From assembly GCF_037042905.1 (NCBI RefSeq), contig NC_087250.1, positions 8,868,001 to 8,932,000 on the forward strand: a DNA stretch of 64,000 bases. Direction: 5' to 3'. Below, piece by piece: positions 28,244-38,066 of this stretch (within the stretch, counting starts at the first letter, position 1; each line of letters starts with the position of its first letter). Under the pieces are notes generated by a model that was not told the origin of the DNA, did no database searches, and saw only the letters and a program-made list of their open reading frames with translations. The position numbers were made by a program, and so were the translations under genes. Source of the stretch: Lytechinus pictus. Lineage: Eukaryota.

Positions 28244-28938
28244 CTGTCAGGAGAAAAGAAAGTCGTGTAGTATAAAAATAATACACATCATCGAGGGCGT
28301 TAGTAAGAATTATATGCACCAAATACCTTTGTAACAGTTTTATTCCGAAGGCATTTGTACCGTTTCAACCTTGACCCCTACATTATTTCTTCAAAAACGA
28401 ATAGCTAGAGTAATGATAAGAGATCATATATGGGAAGCGGGATCGCCAAAAAATGTGTTGCAAATTAAGTAATCTGTGGCTTTTATTCCGAGTTTGCGAA
28501 CTTTCTCGCAAATTTATGATCATATCTTCAAAATGACTAATCAAAATACAAACAACGTAAAACCACATGCACAATGAATTATCACAGAAATAAAGTCAAC
28601 CTTCTGGGTTACCTTCATTCAACAAGGGCTCCATGCGTAATGAGGGAGCGAATGTCTGCTGGAACTTCCAACATTTTGCGAGCCAGTGATTGCATGAATT
28701 GAAACTGTGCTCATCATACTTTTACTTGGATTTGAGATATTTTAATTTATAAATATGATGCACATATGGCTTCACCTGGAAAATATTTCTGCCTTGATCG
28801 TCTAGATTTTGATGGTTTTGTGGCTTTACGGGCGCAATCGATGGCTTCAAGAACGCAAATTTGCACCCCGTGCCCGATCATTTCAAGGCTTGGTGTTCAT
28901 ACATAAACCTTCAGCACCAATTACCAGAGTAAACTTAC

Positions 28939-29115
28939 CTGTGACGCCTTTCTTGAGCATACAAAATGAAGCCATGCTGTCTGTAATAAGTGAAGCTGGG
29001 ATGTCTTCATACACGAGCTCATAAGCGGTTAGACGTGCTCCCTGGTTGTACGGGCGTGTCTCGGTGCAGTAGACGTGTTCCAACTTTCCTCTTTCATGAA
29101 GAGCGCGAATAACGC
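28939..29115 (-). CDS. MRI1: MRI1 coding exon 4 (GVIRALHE...[16 protein letters not shown]...ITDSMAS...VT)
   Basis: [13 protein letters not shown] motif. Acceptor CCCTTTCCAG|, donor G|GTAAG; 177 nt, phase 1 to 1. Confidence 0.97.
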
Positions 29116-29281
29116 CTGGAAAGGGAGAATAAAAATCAGCAGGGGAAAAAGTAATGTGGGGCGGGAAAGAGCCCTGGAAACTTAAAAAGTTGGCTTTGAA
29201 AATCGGCATTCATAGCAATATTAAAGCTTATCTAATGTTCTAGATTTAGGCAGTAAGTTGTAAAAAGTAGCCCATGGAAGA

Positions 29282-30035
29282 AACAAGTGGAATGCCTCTG
29301 GCGGTCTCACCTGCATCATGCGATTAAATATAGCAGCAGTGCTGACTTTGAAAACTACTATAACTCGCACAAGATGTTCAGTGATACTTGGTTACTCGTA
29401 TGTACAAGTTTTATGAACTAGACCAATACACTTACAGAGATATGATGGTAATTCAACAAATACCCCCAACACGGCCATAGTTCATTGACCTTTAATGACC
29501 TTTGACCATGGTCATGTGACCTGAAACTCGTACAGGATGTTCAGTGATACTTGATTACTCTTATGTCCAAGTTTTATGAACTAGATCCCTAAATTTTCAA
29601 AGTTATGATAGTAATTCAACAAATACCCCCAACTTGACCAAAGTTAATTGACCCTAAATGAACTTTGACCTTGGTCACGTGACCTGAAACTCGAGCAGGA
29701 TGTTCACTAATACTTGATTAACTTTATGCCCAAGTTTCATGAACAAGGTCCATATAATTTCTAAGTTATGATGTCATTTCAAAAACTTAACCTTCGGTTA
29801 AGATTTTGAAAATAATTCTCCCAACATGGTCAAAGTTCATTGACCCTAAATGACCTTTTACCTTGGTCATGTGACCTGAAACTAAAGCAGGATGTTCAGT
29901 AATACTTGATTAACCTTATGTCCAAGTTTCATGAACTAGGTCCATATACTTTCTAAGTTATGATGTCATTTCAAAAACTTAACCTTAGGTTAAGATTTGA
30001 TGTTGACTCGCTCTGCTATGCAGGCGAGACAAAAA
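29282..30035 (-). mobile_element. Helentron-associated non-autonomous element (HINE-like) with internal ~170-bp tandem repeats
   Basis: Minus strand starts TTTTTGTCTCGCCTGCAT. Matching subterminal IR ATGCAGGTGAGAC lies ~22 bp from the other end, followed by a small GCC-AGA-GGC hairpin and a CTTGTT end. Internal TGACCT-rich repeats. Confidence 0.65.
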
Positions 30036-30402
30036 GGTGGCTTTGAAAATCGGCATTCATAGCAGTATTAAAGCTTATCTAATGTTCCAGATTTAGGCAG
30101 TAAGTTGTGAAAAGTAGCCCATGGAAGAAAAAAGTTGTCTGAAAATCGGGTAAATTGCTAATTGGTCTAAACCTGCTTTTTGAGTTCTCTCATGTTATAA
30201 AAATATGATCATTTTCACTTTGACCAAATGATTCTAAATGATTTTAGCATAATTACATGTATGTTTCAAAAAGGTTCGGTAAAAATGTTGATAGAAAGAA
30301 AAATACAAATTCATTTTTTAACAAAGTTTTTTTTCAGACACAAATAGGAAGGCTACACAGAATATTTACACCAAATATTACCACTCTGGGAGCTTTGAAG
30401 TA

Positions 30403-31909
30403 CCCTAAAAGGCCAGGGGGGGGGGCTGAATCCGCCTCCTCGACATTTTTCGCGATTAATCCGCCGCGCGAAACTTTAAAGTCTCGCGCAACTTTGGAGA
30501 CCAAATTTGCGTTGCCATGGTACGCGGTTATGAAATCACGCAACATCATGTAAGTGCATGTCAGACCCAAAATTGCTCTAAAACGTGAATTCATGTACAA
30601 ATCCAATGCAAATTGTGTATTTAGCCAAAATTCATAAATTTATCATTATTTCTACTTTTACTGATTATGATCAGAATTAAGTCTGCAACAATTTCCATAA
30701 AAAACAACAATAAAAAACAGAAAGTAAAAAACAAATAAATACATAAGAAAAAATAAAATACATAAGAAAAAATTTGCGATACCAATTTTTTTTTAATGTA
30801 CAGTGTGTCTCTAAAAAAAGTAAACCCAACTTTAACGGCAAATTTTCAGAAAACTAAAAAATATTTACACATTATTTTTTCATGGTTAGATAGTCCAATA
30901 AGTCCTCTGTCCAATTACATCACTTAGGTTATCTAACTCTCATGCATGACTGAGCATGATTCAACTTAGTGAACTGGTGTCAAATCATCGCTGTGGCAAG
31001 TTATTTCTTGTTATTTTCATGCATTCAAGGCCAATATGAAGTTAAACTGGTTCCGTGATCAGCATACTTTCTCACATTGTACCAGATGGCCCTTTTGTTG
31101 GAGGCTGCCTCTCGGGGAACTGCACCCGAAAAGCCTCTTGAACTTCCACGAAACTTCTTGTTTCCTGGTATCGAGTTACCAGGAATACTCTGCTCAATTG
31201 TCAACTGTACCATGTTTGGAAAGCATGTGAAGTGTGCCTGTATTAGGAACAACCTTTGCTGAAGTTGTTATGTAATCATAGGCCTAACATGTGACCAAAA
31301 TTTAACTTCAAATAGGCCTTGAATGCATGACAATATCAAAAAATACATGTAACTTGCCACAGTGACGATTTAATCATAGGCCTAACATGTGACAAACATT
31401 TAACTTCAAATTGGCCTTGAATGCATGAAAATAACAAGAAATAACTTGCCACAGTGATGATTTGACACCAGTTCACTAAGTTGAATCATGCTCAGTCATG
31501 CATGCGAGTTAGATAACCTAAGTGATATAATTGGACAGAGGACTTATTGGACTATCTAACCATGAAAAAATAATGTGCAAATATTTTTTAGTTTTCTGAA
31601 AATTTGCCGTTGAAGTTGGGTTTACTTTTTTTAAGACACGCTGTACATTTGATCAGAATTCTACAAAGAGTCTGTGAATTAAAAATTAGCAATTTTGGGG
31701 CCATAATAAGATAATTAGAGCAAATGTTTTATTTCATGCATTAATTAGCATTAAAAAAAGACCTTATTTTTTTCAGGAAAATTAATCATACAGCCTTGTA
31801 GATTTAATCGCACACTACCACTGTGCAACGGCCGAGATCTCAGGGGTCCGCCCCCCCCCCCCCCTTGGCTGTGAGATCGGTCCAAATAACCTGGCTCTTT
31901 TAGGGTTAA
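30403..31909. mobile_element. piggyBac-type MITE copy 2, hosting the Tc1/mariner insertion
   Basis: CCCTAAAAGGCCAGG...CCTGGCTCTTTTAGGG-TTAA; colinear with copy 1 outside 30801-31643. Confidence 0.75.
30801..31643 (-). mobile_element. Internally deleted Tc1/mariner element with long (~240 bp) TIRs and a frameshifted transposase N-terminus
   Basis: TA TSD and long TIRs. Minus strand 31213-31040 reads, with two frameshifts, MVQLTIEQRVFLVTRYQETRSFVEVQEAFRVQFPERQPPTKRAIWYNVRKYADHGTSL, a mariner-like HTH. Confidence 0.82.
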
Positions 31910-32100
31910 AGAGATTTATGCATAAATCAGCATGATAAAAAAAAATCTACTTATATTTGAAAAATAAGCCATACAGCCTTGTAGATTACACCGCACACTA
32001 CCATTGTGTAAACTTCTGTGGCGCTCGCTCAATCGGCAGCCGAGATCTCCAAGGGGGTTGATCCACACCCACCCCCCCAGCTAACATCCAAACAAGCCTG

Positions 32101-32266
32101 GTGGGTGTTTCATAAAGCTGTTTGTAAGTTAAGAGCGACTTTAAGAATGACTGGTGATCCTTTATTAAGGTAAATGATATATTAATTGGCGATGGTTAAG
32201 CGCGTAAGGATCACCAGTCGTTCTTCAAGTCGCTCTTAACTTACGAACAGCTTTATGAAACGGCCC
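32101..32266. mobile_element. PIF/Harbinger-type palindromic MITE (sister copy at ~16609-16759, opposite orientation)
   Basis: CTG TSD; ~55-bp inverted arms GTTTCATAAAGCTGTT.GTAAGTTAAGAGCGACTT. Confidence 0.75.
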
Positions 32267-32350
32267 CTGGCCTGGTTAGGGTGTTATGTCAGATTTGATA
32301 CCATTTCCTAGATATATATGAAACAGATATGTTTGTTTTACTGCACCTAC

Positions 32351-32517
32351 CTAAAGCTGTACCATAGCCAGCTGTAGCGAGGGATCCTGTGTTACAATGG
32401 GTCATCACAACCTGTCCATCCCCAGATGAACTTATCAAATGGTCCGCTCCATGCATGCCAATGCTCTTATTGGTCTGCACATCAGTCTCAAGCATGTTTT
32501 CAGCCTCTTCTATTATT
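32351..32517 (-). CDS. MRI1: MRI1 coding exon 3 ([21 protein letters not shown]...[18 protein letters not shown])
   Basis: Contains the catalytic-Cys motif [17 protein letters not shown]. Acceptor CCCCTTCCAG|, donor G|GTAGG; 167 nt, phase 2 to 1. Confidence 0.96.
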
Positions 32518-32574
32518 CTGGAAGGGGGAGATAAATTGTAAGATATTTTTTTTTATGTTGAATAAAACCGGAGC

Positions 32575-32898
32575 ATGTGGACTCAAGTCGGAATCTGCAG
32601 CTATATCTGTTATGCTACCAGATCCCTCAATGCAGAACCAAACTCTACAAACAATCCTTCTTTCCAAGAACTGTCAGGGCATGGAATGCTCTTCCATCCA
32701 GCTTCATCAATGCCTGTAATGCAACAGCCTTCCGTCAAAGCTTGACGGAAGGCAGAATCTAAACCAATACTTTTTCCTAGCACCTTGTACATAGAAACAC
32801 TGCACCTGAACCCAGCTACACACACACACTGCGTCAACCATATCTGCACGAATCTTCAATCTTGCAGGAGGCAGATCAACCCAGTAGAAAAAGAAGAA
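32575..32898 (+). mobile_element. Short 3' LINE fragment in MRI1 intron 2
   Basis: YQIPQCRTKLYKQSFFPRTVRAWNALP is a typical non-LTR ORF2 C-terminus; AG-rich tail. Confidence 0.7.
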
Positions 32899-33135
32899 AT
32901 CAGAGCTGCGTCAGGGCCAAAAGCGGCTTTTGATCATCAATTCTCAAATTCATCTTAAACCAATTAATGGGGAATTTGAGAAACTCCTCTGCAAGAAGTG
33001 ATACTTACCTGTCCTTTAATGACTCTTGCCGTATCATAATCATTGCCAAGGTATATTGAAAGACTGGTGAACCTTTTACATGTACTGGACTAACAAGACC
33101 TATGACAAAGTCATGGTAAAAGAAGTGAGGCTTAC

Positions 33136-33371
33136 CTGTCCTTTAATGACTCTATCGTTGTCTCAGAATCACTGCCCAGCTCTTCTGCAAGACTGGTGAA
33201 CCTTTTTACAGCCTCAGACATATTCACTGCAGTAGGCCTGGCCGTGTTGAGGTATCTGAATTGTTTACAGATAAAGGTTACCAGCTCGGACTTGCTCTCA
33301 AAGGACATACCGCTAAGCTCAACAGCAAGAGACAAAGATCCGACAATTGCTATCGCAGGAGCTCCCCTAAC
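33136..33371 (-). CDS. MRI1: MRI1 coding exon 2 (VRGAPAIAIVGSLSLAVEL...NTARPTAVNM...LKDR)
   Basis: Contains the MRI1/MtnA motifs VRGAPAI and ARPTAVN. Acceptor TTTCCTCCAG|, donor AG|GTAAG; 236 nt, phase 0 to 2. Confidence 0.96.
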
Positions 33372-34059
33372 CTGGAGGAAATAGAAATTTGAAAAAGAAG
33401 AGATAAAATTTCTAAAATGTTATAATAATGAAGAGGAATGGTTATCTCTGGCTGTGAGTGTTAATTGTGAACTCCAACTTCACAGTGTACGTGGTTGATT
33501 GATTGGAAGAAGGGGCCCGTTTCTAAACACCGTCATAAGTCTAATAACTTCGTGAAATTAGCAGACAAGTAGCTCACTATCTCTGATTTAAAATCAGAGA
33601 TAGTGAGCTACTTGTCCGCTAATTTCACGAAACCCTCTTTGCCAAGATCGGGTACAACAACCTGACAACATATTTCCCAATTCATCACAATAATAGCAGT
33701 TTTATCATAATTTAGCTTTTTGAAAATTATGCTAATTTGTGACTAAGGCCACGTCTTGTCTGCCATTTCTACCGATAGTATCGCTATCAAGGGATTCCAG
33801 TTAGGAAGCCTTTCGTGAAACAGGTTTAGCAAGATTGGAACTAACTCTGTAGTTTGTGGAAAAAGATATGACTAACTTGTCCGTGTGTTGAGAAACGAGC
33901 CCCAGATTCTTTAACGTCCAAATGGTGCGACACTCCATGACGGCTTTAAGTTTTCTTCATAAGACTAGTAAATTTGAGTAAGAGACAGTGTACTTGAAAG
34001 ATTGTTCTTATGCACATCAGATGGCAAGCATTATTATCATTAAAATGATCCTGACAGTC

Positions 34060-36790
34060 ACATACAACACCCATTGCGATTCCTGGTATTGACGCCAATG
34101 ACTCTTCACTCCACCAAGAAGCAGCTGCTACTATCAACAAGCATCTCATTTCCATTGCAGCTGATCTCCCTCCTCTGGACAGAGGTTCCCTTCCATCTCC
34201 AAGTCAGTGCTCCCTTGTCCAACCATGGGAAGTACTTCGAAAGCTTAAAACACTTAAATTCTTCCAACGCAGGGATCAAGGATGACATACCTGTTAGAGT
34301 TGAAAAGGAATTTGCTCTTGAATTGTCTGTGCCCCTTACTGATATCTTGAACACTTCTTTCCAACTTGGGGTTGTACCAGATCAATGGAAGCTCTCCCAG
34401 ATTACCCCGATACCTAAGGCACTGCCCGCGTCTATCGACAACATTCGACCAATCGCTCTCACAAGTAACTTTGCCAAAATAGCTGAATGTTTTGTGGCAA
34501 AATTGCTTTTGCAAGACATTGAAAAACACATTGATTCACGTCAGTTTGGTAATAGGACTGGACTTTCCACTACTCACTATTTTGTACAGCTCCTTCATTG
34601 TCTTTTTGAAAATGCAGAAAAAAGTAATTCGATTTCTACCATTGTGTGTACTAATTTTAGTAAAGCCTTTGACAGGCTTGACCATACCATCCTTATCCGT
34701 AAAATGACTGATCTTGATGTACGACCATGCTTAAAGGAGAATGAAACTCTTGGAGCAAGTTAGCTTTTGTGAAAGCAGAAAAATCAAAGAATAAGATCAA
34801 CAAAAGTTTGAGTAAAATAGGACTAGCAATAGAAGAGTTATGAGCATTTGAATGTCGAGATCACTAATGCTATGGAGATCCTCCCATTGGCAACGCAACC
34901 AAGATCTATGATATCACAGATGAACAACTCTCCCCTTTTGGACACTGAAAATATACCCCAAAACATCTCTTTTTGCTCATTCTAATCATATGACAAACGA
35001 TTCATCAATGATATAATGTTGTGAAACCTCTGTACTTGTCCTCTCATAAAGAGAACACCTCACCCTGTGATAGATTCTATAAAAGTGAAATAAGTACTAA
35101 AGCAATGAGGGAGTTGTACGTGTGTGACATCACAGATCTTGGTCGCATTGCCAATAGGAGGATCTACATGGCATTAGTAATCACAATATTCAAATGCTCA
35201 TAACTTTCTTATTATTCATTCAATCTTCCAACAATATGTTTCTTTGATTTTTCTCTTTGATATGGATTCAGCTGGTTTCAAGGGTTTCATTCTCCTTTAA
35301 TTCAGTGGGTTGTTGATTTCCTAGAATGTCGTCAACAGTGTGTTAAGTATCAGGGTAAAATATCTCAATGTTTGGAAAATAATGCAGGAGTACCACAAGG
35401 TACAAAATTAGGTCCGTTACTATTTCTGATTATGATCAATGACGCATGTAATTCTTCGACTATTCCTTACTTTAAATATGTTGATAATCTAACTTTGGCA
35501 GAATGTAGAGTAATATCATCACCCCCCAAAATACAAGAATGTCTCAATGAATTGCAAAATTGGTCGACAAATAACCATATGAAATTGAATCCCTCCAAGT
35601 GCTTTGGTATGAATGTAACTTTCATGAAAACACCCCCTATTCGTAATGACCTACACATTGGTGAATCTGTATTAGCATTCGTCACTTCCGCTAAGATACT
35701 GGGTGTAACAATACAGTCAAATTTGAAATGGGATGAACATGTAGGTGAAATTCTAATGAAGTGTAAAAGGAAAATTTATATGTTCAGATCACTCAAGCAA
35801 TATGGAATGCCCGTTGAAGACCTAAAAACTGTCTATGTTGGATACATCCGTCCCTTATTAGAATATTGCACACCGGTTTTCAATGGGGCTTTGACCAAAC
35901 AACAGATTGCTGACCTAGAAAGAGTACAGAAACGAGTCAGCAAAATTATATTAGGAGGTAACTACTCGTCGTATGAAGATGCTTGCCAAACAATCAACCT
36001 TGAAACATTGGATTCTAGACGGAAAATTCTTGCTCAAAAATTTGCTAAATCTCTTACCATCAATCCACACTGCAAAACTTGGCTCCCTCTTCCCAAAAGA
36101 CTAGACATTTCGCTAAGGAAAATCCCTAAGTACAATCAATTCAAATGCAAAACCAACCGATTCCGAAATAGTCCCATCCCCTACTTCAAAGACTTACTAA
36201 ACGAGAACTAGATACATTATTTTGTTGACCCCCCCCCCCCCCCGGAAGATATGATAGGTATAGTTTTCTTTATTTGCTAGGATAGTCATACTCATTCTAT
36301 ACCGCCTTGCCTCACTCAGTGTACTCTGTACTTAATTTGTTGTCATAAATGCATGCTTTTGTTTGTTTTCAATCTTCGCCACTACTTTCTTCATCTTTCT
36401 GGCCCAATCCTCTCTCTGTACTTTCTACCTATATCTCCTTTTAATTACCCTTTCCCCTTACTCACTTTTTCTCTGTCTGTCTCCCTATGCAGTCTTTTTC
36501 CTTTCCAATCTTTTCTTTTCTATTACTTTTCATTCATGCATGTACAATGCGCCTCATTGTAGTGGTTAGAATTTACGTACTTAATATTTATTATGTTCAA
36601 TACAATATATGATTTTATTTACTTTCAACAATTTATTTCCTTGTATTATAATAAGAAGTACTAGTAATTTTATATCATTTCATGTTTGCATTTCAGTATT
36701 ATTCTATTGTTGTAAATTGTACACATGTTTTTATTCAGCCTTTGGCTGCGAGGCATGTTTTTAATAAATCATTATTGAATTGAATTGAAT
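34060..36790 (+). mobile_element. 5'-truncated non-LTR retrotransposon (CR1/L2 group) in MRI1 intron 1, interrupted by a MITE
   Basis: RT motifs IRPIALT, QFG, FSKAFD, GVPQGTKLGP, YVDN, LN..K, LG; C-terminal TNRFRNSPIPY; 3' UTR ending AATAAA plus a (TTGAA)n tail. Confidence 0.9.
34731..35300. mobile_element. Kolobok/T2-type MITE, family B copy 1
   Basis: TTAA TSD; TIR AGGAGAATGAAAC...GTTTCATTCTCCT; removing it restores the RT reading frame. Confidence 0.9.
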
Positions 36791-36960
36791 TTAATACACT
36801 CCTGCACACAAAAATGAATACATGGGACAATACACAGTCGGCGCGATCATTTCAAGATTGAAGACACCAGCCATGATATGTACATGTATATGGAGGCATT
36901 AATTGGAGTTTTCCTTGTACTGTAGCATTATTCTATGATATATTCTTGTTAGACCAACAA

Positions 36961-37350
36961 GAGAGAGCGAAGTCGGCTCAGTTGTAAAGCGTCTGCCTGT
37001 CGAACCAAAGGACGTGGGTTTGAGTCCACCCCAGGCGGATGACTGAATATTATGTTGTGTGTAGACATGTCTCTCCCCTGTTCCACAGATGCAGGCAATG
37101 CTACAGTGGAAAACACTTTATCCCTCGGATAGGACGTTAAATGGAGGTCCTGTGTAGAGGAGAGTCACCACCTTTGCACGTTAAGAACCCACTGCACTAT
37201 TCGTATAAAAGAAGGGGGAAACCCCTGTGTAGTCCACCTGCACTCTCCCAATCAGTTATGTCGCGAGGAGAGACCTGCGGGTCATAGTGATTCAGTTTGC
37301 TTTTCGCCTCCCAGGCACAGGTGATGCCAAACACATAACAATAATAATAT
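36961..37350 (+). mobile_element. tRNA-headed SINE with Deu-domain-like core
   Basis: A-box-like GGCTCAGTTG and B-box-like GGTTTGAGTCC. Core CGGATAGGACGTTAAATGGAGGTCC...CACGTTAAGAACCCACTGCACTATTCG resembles the DeuSINE/AmnSINE1 central domain (from recall). Ends in an (AAT)n tail. Confidence 0.7.
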
Positions 37351-37535
37351 TAGTATTCTGGACAAATTTGTAACATAGCCTCACTGGATATTAGACAAAA
37401 TGGTAAATATGTCATCAGACAAATTAGTTGAAGACAAACCAAGATTAGAGTGGGATGAGATCTATTTGGATGAATACAAATATTTGTAAACCAAGTGGGT
37501 GTGGACCGAGTGGCAATTTAAACTACAATGTAAAC

Positions 37536-37863
37536 CAGGGTAGGAAATAATTTTCATTTTTTTAGGGGTGAGGTCTATCTTTTTTTCCTAATGGGGCAAT
37601 TGCGGAATTTAAGGGCTATTTCTTTCATTTTAAGGACTACATTTTAAGGGAAACAAGCCATAATGCAGTATTATGCAAATATCATTATTCTTCCATTTAG
37701 TTCGATTATTGATTTTCTGAATTATCTTGATTTTGAGACAGATCTTGGGGCGACCCTAGAATGAATGGTCGCCCCAAAGCATGCATTTTAGGGGAATTTT
37801 AGGGGCGATTTGGGCTGTCATGAGGGCAAAATTGCCCCTCGCCCTCAAGTATTTCCTAGGCTA
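37536..37863. mobile_element. hAT-type MITE next to the MRI1 exon-1 donor
   Basis: CAGGGTAGGAAATA / TATTTCCTAGGCTA; 8-bp TSD ATGTAAAC/AAGTAAAC (7/8 match). Confidence 0.65.
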
Positions 37864-37877
37864 AAGTAAACACATAC

Positions 37878-38066
37878 CTTCATTTCTCTGATGGCATGCC
37901 AGCCATCCTCGGTCGATGTGACCTGTTCATAAACCGTCTCAAGAGGGAGCTTCTTCTGGTTCAAGATCTCCAACCTCCTCCCCTTGTAGCGAATGGCCTC
38001 TAGCGTCATTGCGTTCTCCTTCCTCGATTTCTTTTCGGCTGGCTGAGCAGACTTGTTCTGATCCAT
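37878..38066 (-). CDS. MRI1: MRI1 coding exon 1 (MDQNK...NA-MTLEAIRY...HAIREMK); conserved start Met at 38009, upstream in-frame ATG at 38066
   Basis: MTLEAIRY..LEILNQKKLPLE..VTSTEDGWHAIREMK matches the N-terminus of eukaryotic MRI1. Donor AAG|GTATGT at 37878/37877 (phase 0); upstream acceptor TAG at 38081-38079. Confidence 0.93.

Noticed and set aside
28011..29209. Calling the gene an eIF2B alpha/beta/delta subunit
   Set aside because: Same superfamily, but [28 protein letters not shown] and NPAFDVTP are MRI1/MtnA signatures.
34731..35300. MITE being spliced out as an intron to restore the RT
   Set aside because: The best CAG acceptors are out of phase with the only plausible donor (34759); only a weak AAG acceptor would fit.
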